DNA from: an uncultured Mycobacteriaceae bacterium
GTDB taxonomy: Bacteria > Actinomycetota > Actinomycetes > Mycobacteriales > Mycobacteriaceae
DNA length: 64,000 nucleotides
Assembly (NCBI GenBank): GCA_902826815.1
Contig: CADEGF010000020.1
Location: forward strand, 34,969-98,968
Direction of reading: 5' to 3'
Part shown: positions 36,422 to 47,247 of the stretch, piece by piece
Layout: each line of letters begins with the position of its first letter
How positions within the stretch are numbered: the first letter of the stretch is position 1
Made by a program: the position numbers and the translations under genes
The notes under the pieces: model-generated
Told to the model about the DNA's origin: nothing
Seen by the model: the letters and a program-made list of their open reading frames with translations, nothing else
Database searches by the model: none

Positions 36422-37105
36422 CTAGTTGCGCGATGCGCCTGCGGGGTCGGCGAACCTGGGGGACTGGTCGCGGTTCACCCACGCCAACGCGGCGAGGATG
36501 CCTGCCACCAGGAACGCCGCAAGCCCCAACCAGATCGCCGCCCCGGTGAAGGAACGGGCGCTCGGATCGGTGTAGCGCGCCTGGGCGGACATCGTGCTCA
36601 CCACGCCTGGCTTGAGCTTCCATTCGACGACCTCGGCCGCCACCTGATCCCCGTTGGTCGACGTCACCTCGCCGGGGAACGAAACGGAAAGCGACACATC
36701 GGCGTCCGGATCGGTCAGCGACGTCAGGTCGGCGCGGCCGTCGAGGATCACCAGATCGCCTGCGCGACGCAGCGATAGGTCGACGCCTGCGGCGTCCTGG
36801 TTCATATTCGCCAGCTGCGGCAGCTCGGCGAAGGTCAGGTCGGAGAACACCGCCTGGGAGCCGACGTAGTCGTCTCTCTCGTAGTCCGAAACCGCCACCT
36901 TATTGCTGAACGGCAGGTTGTTCAGCAGCTGCGGGCCCTTGTCGTCGGCCCCGCGGGGTTTCGCTGAGGCGACGATCTGCCCTGACACCCGGTCGTCGGG
37001 GGAGACGGTGATGCTCGCCCTGACGCGCACGCATCCGACGGCCGACGGAATGATCACCAACAGCATCACGATCGCCAGCATGCGAATTCTGCGGCGGTTC
37101 GACAC
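36422..37105 (-). CDS. lppM: LppM-type lipoprotein with C-terminal TM anchor
   Basis: Lipobox-like AVGC followed by VRVRASITVSPDDRVSG; synteny with Rv2171. Confidence 0.85.
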   Translation of the reverse strand: MSNRRRIRMLAIVMLLVIIPSAVGCVRVRASITVSPDDRVSGQIVASAKPRGADDKGPQLLNNLPFSNKVAVSDYERDDYVGSQAVFSDLTFAELPQLANMNQDAAGVDLSLRRAGDLVILDGRADLTSLTDPDADVSLSVSFPGEVTSTNGDQVAAEVVEWKLKPGVVSTMSAQARYTDPSARSFTGAAIWLGLAAFLVAGILAALAWVNRDQSPRFADPAGASRN

Positions 37106-37131
37106 GAGGTCATCGTGCCAGACCCGAGCCT

Positions 37132-37731
37132 TCAGAGCGGCAGTGACCGCCCGAGAATCGCGAACGGGCGAGGGTCGCCCGCGAAGTGGTAGCCGCGGAT
37201 GATGTCGGTGAAGCCGAGTCTGCGGTAGAGCCGCCAGGCCCGGTTGGCCTCCCCGTTGATCTCCGGCGTGGACAACAGCACGTGCGATTCGGTTCGCCCT
37301 GCGAGAAGCCTGCGGGTCAGCGCCTCACCGAGTCCACGCCCCTGTGTGCGTGGGTGAATGTGTAGCTCGGTCAGCTCGAAGTAGCTGGTCATCAGCTCGG
37401 AGATGCGGGACCGGTCGGCCCCGACCCGGTGCAGGCCCGCGACCACCTGCTGCTGCCACCACTGGTCGGGTGCTCCGCAGTAGCCGTATGCGACGCCGGT
37501 GATCGGTGCGGCGGCCAGCTCGGCGGCGGCCGTTCCCGCGTCGGCCGAGTCCGGTGTCTCCACCGCGGCGACGGCCTTCCAGCCGTCCCTTCTGGTGTGT
37601 TCGAGCCACATCGAAGCCCGCTGGTCCTCGGTGCCGCGCGGATAGCGCATCGCGTCGACGTAGACGCCAAGTGCGTCGGGAAGCCTGCGCTCCATATCGG
37701 CCGGCGACAGATCGATGAGAAATGTCGCCAA
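37132..37731 (-). CDS. GNAT acetyltransferase (Rv2170 orthologue)
   Basis: ELHIHPRTQGRGLG acetyl-CoA motif, LYRRLGF; TTG start at 37731. Confidence 0.88.
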   Translation of the reverse strand: MATFLIDLSPADMERRLPDALGVYVDAMRYPRGTEDQRASMWLEHTRRDGWKAVAAVETPDSADAGTAAAELAAAPITGVAYGYCGAPDQWWQQQVVAGLHRVGADRSRISELMTSYFELTELHIHPRTQGRGLGEALTRRLLAGRTESHVLLSTPEINGEANRAWRLYRRLGFTDIIRGYHFAGDPRPFAILGRSLPL

Positions 37732-37954
37732 CTTCTCTGTCCGCCTTTCTTCTCCCTGTGAGGTCGTCAATCTGAGAGCCATTGCCATTATCGCCGGACG
37801 AGCCGGTGGGCCACGAGGGCGGTGCACGTCATACAATCGGGTGGTGAAGTAGGTGGTACGGCTCAGATTCACCTCGTATCATGACTGTTAGTTGTCCGCG
37901 AACGCGGGCGTAAATGTCGTTGAAGACCAAGTGACGGGCGGCAAGGAGGGACGC

Positions 37955-38359
37955 ATGCCACTCTCCGATCATGAGCAGCGCATGCTCGATCAGATCGAGA
38001 GCGCGCTCTATGCCGAGGACCCCAAGTTCGCGTCGAGCGTGCGCGGCGGGGGGCTGAGGGCGCCTTCGGCACGTCGTCGCCTGCAGGGTGCAGCACTATT
38101 CGTGGTCGGCCTCGCGATGCTGGTGTGCGGCGTGGCGTTCAAAGCCACCATGATCGGAAGTTTCCCGATCCTCTCCGTCGTCGGCTTCCTGGTGATGTTC
38201 GGCGGTGTCGTCTTCGCGATCACCGGCAACCGGGTGAAGGGGCGCCGCGATGGTTCCGCCGCCGAGCAGGGCGGGCCGCGGCCGAAGAAGGCCAAGGGCT
38301 CCGGCGGGTCGTTCACCAGCCGGATGGAAGACCGCTTCCGCCGTCGCTTCGACGAATAA
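37955..38359 (+). CDS. DUF3040 membrane protein (Rv2169c orthologue)
   Basis: MPLSDHEQRMLDQIESALYAEDPKF; AAGGAGG RBS. Confidence 0.9.
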   Translation: MPLSDHEQRMLDQIESALYAEDPKFASSVRGGGLRAPSARRRLQGAALFVVGLAMLVCGVAFKATMIGSFPILSVVGFLVMFGGVVFAITGNRVKGRRDGSAAEQGGPRPKKAKGSGGSFTSRMEDRFRRRFDE

Positions 38360-38372
38360 CGCGCGTATCACG

Positions 38373-38405
38373 ATGGGGTAGCCGAAACGGCTGCCCCATT
38401 TTTTT
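38373..38405 (+). terminator. Intrinsic terminator
   Basis: Stem ATGGGGTAGCCG / CGGCTGCCCCAT, AAA loop, then a T run. Confidence 0.88.
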
Positions 38406-38537
38406 GTGTTGACGACCCCCACTTCCCCCCACAGCCGCATGAGCTGGCCTTTCATGTCGCCTGCACCCGGGCGATCGATGCATGGCGATGCTGTCTGACC
38501 CTCATCGTGGGGAAACGGCGTCAACATTTGCTGGCAA

Positions 38538-38582
38538 TTGGAGCGATGTGGGGGATTGTGGGGTAAAGTGGCGTGCGATGGA
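38538..38582 (+). promoter_or_regulatory. Probable MraZ operator: (G/T/A)TGG repeats at 10-bp phasing
   Basis: TTGGA 38538, GTGGG 38548, GTGGG 38558, GTGGC 38568, ATGGA 38578, directly upstream of mraZ. Confidence 0.75.
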
Positions 38583-38618
38583 GCGACCGGGGCTCCCTCA
38601 CCGGCGGGAGGTGGCGAG

Positions 38619-39050
38619 ATGTTCCTCGGCACCTACACGCCAAAGCTCGATGACAAGGGGCGGCTGACGCTGCCCGCCAAGTTCCGCGACGCGCTGGCAG
38701 GAGGGTTGATGGTGACGAAAAGCCAAGACCACAGCCTTGCCGTCTACCCGCGCGCCGAGTTCGAGGCGCTGGCCAGGCGGGCGTCGGGGGCATCGCGAAG
38801 CAACCCGGAAGCCCGCGCGTTCCTGCGCAACCTCGCCGCCGCAACCGACGAACAACATCCCGATTCGCAAGGCCGCATCACGTTGTCCGCCGATCACCGC
38901 CGCTACGCCGACCTGTCGAAGGACTGCGTGGTCATCGGCTCGGTCGACTACCTGGAGATCTGGGACGCCCAGGCGTGGCGGAACTACCAAGAGACACACG
39001 AAGAAAACTTCTCCGCGGCCAGCGATGAAACTCTGCGCGACATCATCTGA
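38619..39050 (+). CDS. mraZ: Division/cell-wall cluster transcriptional repressor
   Basis: [30 protein letters not shown]; 143 aa. Confidence 0.96.
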   Translation: MFLGTYTPKLDDKGRLTLPAKFRDALAGGLMVTKSQDHSLAVYPRAEFEALARRASGASRSNPEARAFLRNLAAATDEQHPDSQGRITLSADHRRYADLSKDCVVIGSVDYLEIWDAQAWRNYQETHEENFSAASDETLRDII

Positions 39051-39051
39051 T

Positions 39052-39155
39052 CCGGCTGCTGACCGTGTACCGCGGCCTCTGTCCGAGCCCGCCCTGGCGT
39101 ACTTCCCCGACGCCAGGTCAATCCGCTCGGACAGAGACCACGGTGCATCGGCCGG
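39052..39155 (+). ncRNA. mraW RNA motif (cis hairpin in the rsmH 5' region)
   Basis: Stem CTCTGTCCGAGC 39077-88 / GCTCGGACAGAG 39125-36; inner stem CCTGGCGT / ACGCCAGG; loop ACUUCCCCG; position fits the known actinobacterial motif. Confidence 0.85.
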
Positions 39156-39186
39156 TACATCGGCCCATTTCTCCGGAGGGCTAGCC

Positions 39187-40197
39187 ATGGATACGAGCTC
39201 CGATCACGGACACATCCCGGTTCTGCTCGACCGCTGCGTCGAACTGCTGCGACCGGCGCTGACGCGACGCGACCCCGACGGCTCCGGTGCCGTGCTGGTC
39301 GATGCGACGCTCGGGGCGGGTGGACATGCAGAGCGCTTCCTCACCGAACTGCCGGGCCTGCGGCTCATCGGGCTGGATCGCGATCCGAACGCCCTGTGGA
39401 TCGCCGGTGAGCGCCTTGCCCCGTTCGCCGACCGCGTCCTGCTGACTCGAACCAGATTCGACGGGATCTCCGGTGCCCTCGATGATTCCGGTTACTGGGC
39501 AAGCGAATCCGGCCGACCGGAAATCGACGGGGTTCTTTTCGACCTCGGCGTCTCGTCGATGCAGTTGGACCGCACCGAACGAGGTTTCTCGTACTCCGCC
39601 GACGCGCCGCTGGATATGCGGATGGACCCGGACGCCGAGCTGACCGCGGCCGACGTCGTCAACACCTATGACGAGAAGTCGCTTTCACGGATCCTGCGCG
39701 AATTCGGCGAGGAACGGTTCGCAAGCCGGATCGCCAAGCAGATCGTGCGAAGGCGGACCAGTCGACCGTTCGCCCGCACCGGAGAAATCGTCGAGCTGCT
39801 GTACGAGGCGATCCCCGCGCCTGCCAGGCGCACCGGCGGGCATCCGGCCAAGCGCACCTTCCAGGCGCTGCGCGTGGCCGTCAACGGTGAGCTGGACGCG
39901 CTTCGCGACGCGCTCCCCGCCGCGATGAGCGCGCTGGCACCTGCCGGACGCATAGCGGTGATGTCGTATCAGTCACTGGAGGACCGCATAGTCAAGAGCA
40001 CCTTCGCCGCGGCGACGGCGTCGCGTACACCACCCGGTCTGCCAGTCGAACTTCCCGGGCACGAACCCGAATTCACCAGCCTGACCCGTGGCGCCGAACG
40101 CGCGGGCTCCGCCGAAATCGAACTCAACCCGCGAAGTGCGTCCGTGCGGCTTCGGGCGTTGGAAAAGGTTGCCACAAGGCCAGAAGGGACGGTCTGA
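39187..40197 (+). CDS. rsmH: 16S rRNA m4C1402 methyltransferase
   Basis: [45 protein letters not shown]. Confidence 0.96.
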   Translation: MDTSSDHGHIPVLLDRCVELLRPALTRRDPDGSGAVLVDATLGAGGHAERFLTELPGLRLIGLDRDPNALWIAGERLAPFADRVLLTRTRFDGISGALDDSGYWASESGRPEIDGVLFDLGVSSMQLDRTERGFSYSADAPLDMRMDPDAELTAADVVNTYDEKSLSRILREFGEERFASRIAKQIVRRRTSRPFARTGEIVELLYEAIPAPARRTGGHPAKRTFQALRVAVNGELDALRDALPAAMSALAPAGRIAVMSYQSLEDRIVKSTFAAATASRTPPGLPVELPGHEPEFTSLTRGAERAGSAEIELNPRSASVRLRALEKVATRPEGTV

Positions 40198-41216
40198 TGA
40201 AGGCCAAGCGACCCGCCGCGGCACGCGGCGCCGACGAGCGCAGGCGCGTGCCGCGCCAACCCGCACGCGGTGCGCAGCGCCGCTCGCACGACGCACCGCC
40301 GAGGCGGGGACGTCCGCGCGCCCCGGAGACCGCGCCGATCACGCGGCCGGTGATCAAGCCGGTCCGCCCGAAGAACACCAGTGAGGCCAAGGCTCGGGCG
40401 AAGGCCCGGAAGGCCAAGGCGCCCAAGGTCGTTCGGCCGCCACTGCGGGAGCGGTTGCTCGCGCGGATCGCAGAGATCGACCTCAACCCGCGTACGTTGG
40501 CGGCCAGGGTCCCGTTCGTGGTGCTGGTCATCGGGTCTCTCGGCATGGGTCTGGGCGTCACGCTGTGGCTGTCGACCGACTCCGCGGAACGCTCCTATCA
40601 GCTCGGCAGTGCCAGGCAGACCAATCAGGCGCTGCTGCAGCAGAAGGAGGCCCTCGAGCGCGACGTGCTGGAGGCACAGGCCGCACCGGCCCTGGCCGAA
40701 TCCGCGCGCGAACTCGGGATGATCCCGTCCCGTGACACCGCTCATCTCGTGCAGGACCCGGCAGGCAACTGGATCGTCGTCGGCGATCCCAAACCGGCCG
40801 AAGGGGTTCCGCCGCCGCCACTGAACACGCCGCTTCCCGACGACACCCCGACACCGCCCGCCCAGGCCGCCGCAACCAGGCCCGCGCCGCCGGTCGTCGA
40901 GCCGCGCGAGATGGTCGTCCGGATGCCGGAACGGGGCCAGCCTGCGACGCCGACGGCTCCGACAGCGCCGGGTGCGCCTGGCGCACCGGCGCCTGCGCCC
41001 GCACCCGGTCCGGCGCCCGTTCCGTTGGCGGTGCCGATGCCGGACAGTCCACATGGAACCAGCGGTCAGCCGCCTGCCCTCGGACCCGCGCAGCCGCCTG
41101 CCGAATCGCCCGCTGCGCCACTGGCCGCACCCGTGCCCGCGGAGCAGTTCGGCCCGGTCGCTGACGCTGCTACTGCTCCTCCCGTCGGCGTGACCGTTCC
41201 CGGTTCCCCGACGTGA
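40197..41216 (+). CDS. ftsL: FtsL-like division protein (Rv2164c orthologue)
   Basis: Basic N-terminus, one TM helix, coiled coil ending ARELGM, Pro/Ala tail; position in the dcw cluster. Confidence 0.8.
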   Translation: MKAKRPAAARGADERRRVPRQPARGAQRRSHDAPPRRGRPRAPETAPITRPVIKPVRPKNTSEAKARAKARKAKAPKVVRPPLRERLLARIAEIDLNPRTLAARVPFVVLVIGSLGMGLGVTLWLSTDSAERSYQLGSARQTNQALLQQKEALERDVLEAQAAPALAESARELGMIPSRDTAHLVQDPAGNWIVVGDPKPAEGVPPPPLNTPLPDDTPTPPAQAAATRPAPPVVEPREMVVRMPERGQPATPTAPTAPGAPGAPAPAPAPGPAPVPLAVPMPDSPHGTSGQPPALGPAQPPAESPAAPLAAPVPAEQFGPVADAATAPPVGVTVPGSPT

Positions 41217-43126
41217 CCCGCGGCGGCGGCCAGCGCGGCCGGAAGACACCGCAACCACGTCCGGGCCAGGGACGGTCGGCACGAGCGCGACGCACCAGGG
41301 CGCCGGCCACCGACACCGGCTTGGGCAGTGCGTCTTTCGTGTTCCGGCACCGGGCAGGCAACGCTGTCATTCTGCTCGTGCTCGTCATCGCGGCGGCGCA
41401 GCTGTTCAACCTCCAGGTGCCGCGCGCCGCGGGGTTGCGCGCCGAGGCCGCGGGCCAGCTGAAGGTCACCGATGTCGACCAGGCCGTGCGCGGCAGCATC
41501 GTCGACCGCAACGACGACAAGCTGGCATTCACCATCGAGGCGCGCGCGCTGACGTTCCAGCCGGTCAAGATCCGCAAACAGCTCGCCGACGCAAGACAGA
41601 AGACGTCAGAGGCGCCCGATCCCGCGGCCCGGCTGCGCGCGATCGCCGCAGAGGTGGCTTCGCGGCTCAACAACAAGCCGGACGCCAAGACGGTGCTGAA
41701 GAAGCTGAAGAGCAACGAATCGTTCGTATACCTCGCCCGCGCCGTCGATCCTGCCGTCGCCGAGGCGATTTCGAAGAAGTTTCCCGAGGTCGGCTCCGAA
41801 CGCCAGGATCTGCGCCAGTACCCGGGCGGATCGCTTGCGGCCAACATCGTCGGCGGCATCGACTGGGACGGGCACGGGCTGCTCGGACTCGAGGACTCGA
41901 TGGACGCCACCCTTGCGGGCACCGACGGCTCCGTCACCTATGACCGCGGGTCCGACGGCGTGGTTATTCCAGGCAGCTACCGCAACCGGCACACCGCCGT
42001 CAACGGCTCCACCGTCCAGCTGACCCTCGACGACGACATCCAGTTCTACGTCCAGCAGCAGGTCCAGCAGGCGCGCAACGCATCCGGTGCCGAAAACCTC
42101 TCCGCGGTGGTGCTCGACTCGAAAACCGGTGAAGTGCTTGCGATGTCGAACGACAACACGTTCGACCCGAGCCAGGACATCGGCAGGCAGGAAGACCGCG
42201 AACTGGGTAACCCCTCGGTGTCGTCACCGTTCGAGCCCGGCTCGGTGAACAAGATCGTCACCGCGGCTTCCGTCATCGAGTTCGGGCTGTCCAACCCCGA
42301 CGAGGTACTGCAGGTCCCCGGCTCGATCGAGATGGGCGGCGTGACCGTCGGCGACGCATGGGAACACGGCGTGATGCCGTACACCACCACGGGCGTGTTC
42401 GGTAAGTCCTCCAACGTCGGCACGCTGATGCTGGCGCAACGGGTCGGCCCAGAGCGCTACGCCGAGATGCTCGACAAGTTCGGCCTCGGTCAGCGCACCG
42501 ACGTCGGGCTGCCCGGCGAGAGCGCGGGTCTGGTGCCGCCGATCGACCAGTGGTCGGGCAGCACGTTCTCCAACCTGCCCATCGGCCAGGGTCTTTCGAT
42601 GACCCTGCTACAGATGACGGGTATGTACCAGGCGATCGCCAACGACGGGGTCCGCGTTCCGCCGCGCATCGTCAAGGCCACCGTCGCCCCGGACGGCAGC
42701 CGCACCGAGGAGCCCCAACCCGACGGTGTGCGGGTCGTTTCGCCGCAGACCGCGCAGACGGTGCGACAGATGCTGCGCGCCACTCTGCAGCGCGACCCGA
42801 TGGGAACCCAGCAGGGCACCGGATCCCAAGGTGCGGTCCAGGGCTATCAGCTTTCCGGGAAGACCGGCACCGCCCAGAAGATCAACCCGGCCTGCGGCTG
42901 CTACTACAGCGACGTCTACTGGATCACCTTCGCGGGCATGGTCACCACCGACGACCCGCGATATGTGATCGGCATCATGGCCGACAACCCGCACCGCACC
43001 GCGGATGGCCAGCCGGGTACGACCATGGCGCCTCTCTTCCACAACATCGCCAGCTGGTTGCTGCAGCGCGAGAACATTCCACTGTCGCCCGACCCGGGCC
43101 CGCCGCTGACGCTGCAGGCCACCTGA
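41213..43126 (+). CDS. pbpB: Class B PBP3 (FtsI)
   Basis: EPGSVNK (SxxK), SSN, KTG motifs. Confidence 0.95.
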   Translation: MTRGGGQRGRKTPQPRPGQGRSARARRTRAPATDTGLGSASFVFRHRAGNAVILLVLVIAAAQLFNLQVPRAAGLRAEAAGQLKVTDVDQAVRGSIVDRNDDKLAFTIEARALTFQPVKIRKQLADARQKTSEAPDPAARLRAIAAEVASRLNNKPDAKTVLKKLKSNESFVYLARAVDPAVAEAISKKFPEVGSERQDLRQYPGGSLAANIVGGIDWDGHGLLGLEDSMDATLAGTDGSVTYDRGSDGVVIPGSYRNRHTAVNGSTVQLTLDDDIQFYVQQQVQQARNASGAENLSAVVLDSKTGEVLAMSNDNTFDPSQDIGRQEDRELGNPSVSSPFEPGSVNKIVTAASVIEFGLSNPDEVLQVPGSIEMGGVTVGDAWEHGVMPYTTTGVFGKSSNVGTLMLAQRVGPERYAEMLDKFGLGQRTDVGLPGESAGLVPPIDQWSGSTFSNLPIGQGLSMTLLQMTGMYQAIANDGVRVPPRIVKATVAPDGSRTEEPQPDGVRVVSPQTAQTVRQMLRATLQRDPMGTQQGTGSQGAVQGYQLSGKTGTAQKINPACGCYYSDVYWITFAGMVTTDDPRYVIGIMADNPHRTADGQPGTTMAPLFHNIASWLLQRENIPLSPDPGPPLTLQAT

Positions 43127-43168
43127 CCGGCCTGCCGCTGGTCGCCAGGCCGGTACTGTGTCAAGGCC

Positions 43169-44692
43169 ATGAAACTGCGTCCCTCGCATCCAACAGGCCA
43201 GGCGCTGCGGCCACTGGCCGACCGGGTAGGCGCGGTCATTTCGCCCGCCGACGACGGGCGGGAAACCGTCGTCACCGGTGTCACCCTGCGCAGCCAGGAT
43301 GCCCAGCCGGGAGATCTGTTCGCCGCGCTGCCCGGTGCGGCGTCGCACGGCGGGCGCTACGCGGCCGACGCCATCGGGCGTGGGGCGGTGGCGGTGCTCA
43401 CCGATTCGGACGGCCTGGCCCACATGGGCGCCGATGCGACGGTGCCCGTGCTCGTCCGATCCGACCCCCGGTCGGTGCTCGGCGGGTTGGCCGCCACCGT
43501 GTACGGCGACCCGTCGCGCCACCTCCGGGTGATCGGAGTGACCGGCACATCCGGCAAGACCACCACCACATACCTCGTCGAGGCGGGGCTGCGGGCCGCC
43601 GAACGGGTCGCCGGGTTGATCGGAACCGTCGGCATCCGGATCGCCGGTGCGGATCTGCCGAGCAAGCTGACGACGCCGGAGGCACCCGATCTGCAGGCTC
43701 TGCTTGCGCTGATGCTCGAGCAGAGCGGCGACACCGTCGTGATGGAGGTGTCCAGTCACGCGCTGAGCCTCGGACGCGTCGACGGAGTCTCCTTTGCCGT
43801 CGGGGGCTTTACCAACCTGTCCCGTGACCACCTCGACTTCCATCCGACGATGAAGGACTACTTCGACACCAAGGCGCGACTGTTCGATCCCGTATCGTCA
43901 ACCGCCGCAGCCTCTTCGGTGGTGTGTGTCGACGATGACGCGGGACGGGCGATGACCGCGCTCGCGTCGAACCCGGTGACGGTCAGCGCAACCGGTGAGG
44001 ACGCCGACTGGCGCGTTGAGGACGTCCGCACCGTCGAGCGCGGTGCGCAGGAGTTCTTCGCTGTCGACCCGGCGGGCGTTCACCACGCGCTGCGCATCGG
44101 GTTGCCCGGCCGCTACAACGTCGCGAACGCTCTGCTCGCGGTGGCGCTGCTGGACGCGGTCGGGGTGTCACCCGAACAGGCCGCGCCGGGACTGCGGGAT
44201 GCGCGGGTACCCGGCAGGCTCGAGCGTGTCGACCGCGGTCAGGATTTCCTGGCGCTGGTCGACTACGCGCACAAGCCAGGGGCGCTTCGCGCGGTGCTCG
44301 AGACGCTGCGCAGGCAGACCGCCGGACGCATCGCGGTGGTGTTCGGCGCAGGCGGCAACCGCGACCCTGGCAAACGTGCGCCGATGGGTCAGGTGGCCGC
44401 CGAACTGGCCGATCTCGTCGTCGTCACCGATGACAACCCTCGCGACGAGGATCCCGCGACCATCCGCTCGGCGATCGTCGGCGGCGCGACGGCCGGCGCA
44501 GCCGAAGTCGTGGAGATCGGCGACCGGCGCGCGGCCATCGACCACGCCGTCGGATGGGCGCGCGCCGGAGACATCGTGCTGATCGCAGGGAAGGGCCACG
44601 AAGCGGGCCAGACCAGCCACGGGCAGACCCGCCCGTTCGACGACCGCGACGAACTCGCCGGATCCCTCGAGGCGTCAGGATTCCACGCATGA
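43169..44692 (+). CDS. murE: UDP-MurNAc-dipeptide mDAP ligase
   Basis: GTSGKTT, MEVSSH, VDYAHKP, DNPR (DAP specificity), GKGHE. Confidence 0.96.
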   Translation: MKLRPSHPTGQALRPLADRVGAVISPADDGRETVVTGVTLRSQDAQPGDLFAALPGAASHGGRYAADAIGRGAVAVLTDSDGLAHMGADATVPVLVRSDPRSVLGGLAATVYGDPSRHLRVIGVTGTSGKTTTTYLVEAGLRAAERVAGLIGTVGIRIAGADLPSKLTTPEAPDLQALLALMLEQSGDTVVMEVSSHALSLGRVDGVSFAVGGFTNLSRDHLDFHPTMKDYFDTKARLFDPVSSTAAASSVVCVDDDAGRAMTALASNPVTVSATGEDADWRVEDVRTVERGAQEFFAVDPAGVHHALRIGLPGRYNVANALLAVALLDAVGVSPEQAAPGLRDARVPGRLERVDRGQDFLALVDYAHKPGALRAVLETLRRQTAGRIAVVFGAGGNRDPGKRAPMGQVAAELADLVVVTDDNPRDEDPATIRSAIVGGATAGAAEVVEIGDRRAAIDHAVGWARAGDIVLIAGKGHEAGQTSHGQTRPFDDRDELAGSLEASGFHA

Positions 44693-46170
44693 TCGATCTG
44701 ACACTGGCTCAGATCGCCGAGATCGTCGGCGGTGAGCTTGCCGATATCTCGACCGCCGATGCCGCGACGACGAGGGTCACCGGCTCGGTCGAATTCGACT
44801 CTCGCGCAGTGACTCCCGGTGGCCTGTTCCTCGCGCTTCCCGGCGCGCGGTCCGACGGTCACGACTTCGCCGCAGGCGCGGTGGCCGCCGGCGCCGTCGG
44901 CGTACTGGCCGCAAGGCCGGTCGGGGTGCCCGCGATCGTCGTCGAGCCCCGCACCGAGGCGGGAACCGACACGGCCGCAAGCGTTCTGTCCTACGACACC
45001 GACGGCTCGGGTGCGGCCGTGCTCGCCGCACTGGCCCGGCTGGCCGCCGCGGTGGCCGCGGAGCTGGTCGCGGGTGGCCTGACGATCGTCGGCATCACCG
45101 GCTCGTCGGGTAAGACGTCCACCAAGGACCTGGTGGCCGCCGTCCTCGCGCCGCTCGGCGAGGTGGTGGCGCCGCCCGGCTCCTTCAACAACGAGCTCGG
45201 CACCCCGTGGACGGTGTTGCGGGCGGGGCAGGACACCGACTTCCTGGTCCTCGAGATGTCGGCGCGCCATCCCGGCAATATCGCCGCGCTGGCGTCGATC
45301 GCCCCGCCGTCCGTCGCCGTCGTGCTCAATGTCGGCACCGCTCATCTCGGTGAGTTCGGCTCCCGCGAAGCGATCGCGCGGACCAAGGCCGAACTGCCGC
45401 AGGCTGTTCCGGCGTCGGGGGTGGTCATCCTGAACGCCGACGACGATGCCGTCGCCGCCATGGCGGATCAGACCGCGGCCCGCGTGGTGCGGGTATCGCG
45501 CTCGCCGGGCGCCGATGTGTGGGCCGGTCCGGTGAGTCTCGACGCGGTCGCGCGACCCCGCTTCACGATGCACGCGGCGGGCACCGAGACCGAGGTATCG
45601 CTCGCGGTGCACGGCGACCACCAGGTGTCCAACGCGCTGTGCGCCGCCGCGGTCGCACTGGAGTGCGGTGCGAGCGGAGACCAGGTGGCTGCCGCCCTCG
45701 CCGGCGCAGGTCCGGTATCGGTGCACCGCATGCACGTCAGCACCCGCGACGACGGTGTCACCGTCATCGACGACGCCTACAACGCAAACCCCGATTCCAT
45801 GCTGGCAGGGCTCAAGTCACTGGCCTGGATGGCCCGCCAGGGGGGTGAAAGCAGGCGAAGCTGGGCGGTGCTCGGCGAGATGGCCGAACTCGGCGACGAC
45901 GCGATATCGGAACACGACCGCATCGGCAGACTTGCGGTGCGATTAGATGTCACTCGACTGATCGTCGTGGGAACCGGGAGATCTATGAGCGCGATGCACC
46001 ACGGCGCGGTCATGGAGGGTTCGTGGGGAGGGGAGGCCACCATGGTCGCCGACGCTGACGCCGCGCTCGAATTGTTGCGGGCCGAGCTGCGCCAGGGAGA
46101 TGTGGTGCTCGTCAAGGCGTCCAACGCCGCCGGGCTGGGGAAACTCGCCGAGGCGTTGGTCGCCTCATGA
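44689..46170 (+). CDS. murF: UDP-MurNAc-tripeptide D-Ala-D-Ala ligase
   Basis: [33 protein letters not shown]. Confidence 0.96.
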   Translation: MIDLTLAQIAEIVGGELADISTADAATTRVTGSVEFDSRAVTPGGLFLALPGARSDGHDFAAGAVAAGAVGVLAARPVGVPAIVVEPRTEAGTDTAASVLSYDTDGSGAAVLAALARLAAAVAAELVAGGLTIVGITGSSGKTSTKDLVAAVLAPLGEVVAPPGSFNNELGTPWTVLRAGQDTDFLVLEMSARHPGNIAALASIAPPSVAVVLNVGTAHLGEFGSREAIARTKAELPQAVPASGVVILNADDDAVAAMADQTAARVVRVSRSPGADVWAGPVSLDAVARPRFTMHAAGTETEVSLAVHGDHQVSNALCAAAVALECGASGDQVAAALAGAGPVSVHRMHVSTRDDGVTVIDDAYNANPDSMLAGLKSLAWMARQGGESRRSWAVLGEMAELGDDAISEHDRIGRLAVRLDVTRLIVVGTGRSMSAMHHGAVMEGSWGGEATMVADADAALELLRAELRQGDVVLVKASNAAGLGKLAEALVAS

Positions 46171-47246
46171 GGCAGATCCTCATCGCCGTCGGCATCGCGC
46201 TGACGATCTCGATCCTGCTGACGCCGGTGCTGATCGGCCTTTTCACCCGGCAGGGCTTCGGCCACGAGATCCGCGAGGACGGCCCGCCGAGCCATGCCAA
46301 GAAGCGCGGCACCCCGTCGATGGGCGGCGTCGCGATCCTGGCGGGCATCTGGGCGGGTTACCTCGGCACCCACCTCGTCGGGCTGGCGCTCGACGGCCAG
46401 GGTCCGTCCGCGTCGGGCCTGCTCACCCTCGGACTCGCGACCGCGCTGGGCATCGTCGGGTTCGTCGACGACCTGATCAAGATCCGCCGGTCGCGCAACC
46501 TCGGCCTCAACAAGACCGCCAAGACCGTCGGCATGCTGGCGGCCGCCGTCATCTTCGGCGTGCTTGCGTTGCAGTTCCGCAACGCCGACGGCCTCACCCC
46601 TGGCAGTGCTGAACTGTCCTATGTCCGTGAAATCGCCACGGTAACCCTGGCTCCCGCGCTCTTTGTGCTGTTCTGCGTGCTGATCGTCTACGCGTGGTCG
46701 AACGCGGTGAATTTCACCGACGGACTCGACGGGCTGGCCGCCGGTGCGATGGCGATGGTCTGCGCGGCCTACGTGATCATCACGTTCTGGCAGTTCCGCA
46801 ACGCGTGCGCGACGGCGCCAGGTGTCGGTTGCTACAACGTGCGCGACCCGCTCGACCTCGCCCTGATCGCCGCCGCGTCCGCGGGGGCCTGCATCGGGTT
46901 CCTGTGGTGGAACGCCGCGCCCGCGAAGATCTTCATGGGCGACACCGGTTCGCTTGCGCTCGGCGGCGTTATCGCCGGGCTCTCGGTGCTCAGCCGCACC
47001 GAGATGCTGGCCGTCGTGCTCGGCGCCCTGTTCGTCGCCGAGGTGACATCGGTGGTCGTGCAGATCCTGGCGTTCCGAACCACGGGGCGACGAGTGTTCC
47101 GGATGGCACCGTTCCATCATCACTTCGAGCTCGTCGGGTGGGCCGAAACCACGGTGATCATTCGTTTCTGGCTGCTGACCGCGATCGCCTGCGGGCTCGG
47201 TGTTGCGCTCTTCTACAGCGAGTGGCTCACCACCGTCGGAGCGTGA
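46167..47246 (+). CDS. mraY: Phospho-MurNAc-pentapeptide transferase (MurX)
   Basis: [37 protein letters not shown]. Confidence 0.97.
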   Translation: MRQILIAVGIALTISILLTPVLIGLFTRQGFGHEIREDGPPSHAKKRGTPSMGGVAILAGIWAGYLGTHLVGLALDGQGPSASGLLTLGLATALGIVGFVDDLIKIRRSRNLGLNKTAKTVGMLAAAVIFGVLALQFRNADGLTPGSAELSYVREIATVTLAPALFVLFCVLIVYAWSNAVNFTDGLDGLAAGAMAMVCAAYVIITFWQFRNACATAPGVGCYNVRDPLDLALIAAASAGACIGFLWWNAAPAKIFMGDTGSLALGGVIAGLSVLSRTEMLAVVLGALFVAEVTSVVVQILAFRTTGRRVFRMAPFHHHFELVGWAETTVIIRFWLLTAIACGLGVALFYSEWLTTVGA

Positions 47247-47247
47247 G

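Noticed and set aside
38360-38618. Possible insertion sequence between the Rv2169c orthologue and mraZ (an IS6110 site in M. tuberculosis H37Rv, from recall)
   Set aside because: Only about 260 bp, explained by a terminator and operator repeats; no transposase or terminal inverted repeats.
40780-41216. Pro/Ala-rich repetitive DNA
   Set aside because: It is the coding tail of the FtsL-like protein.
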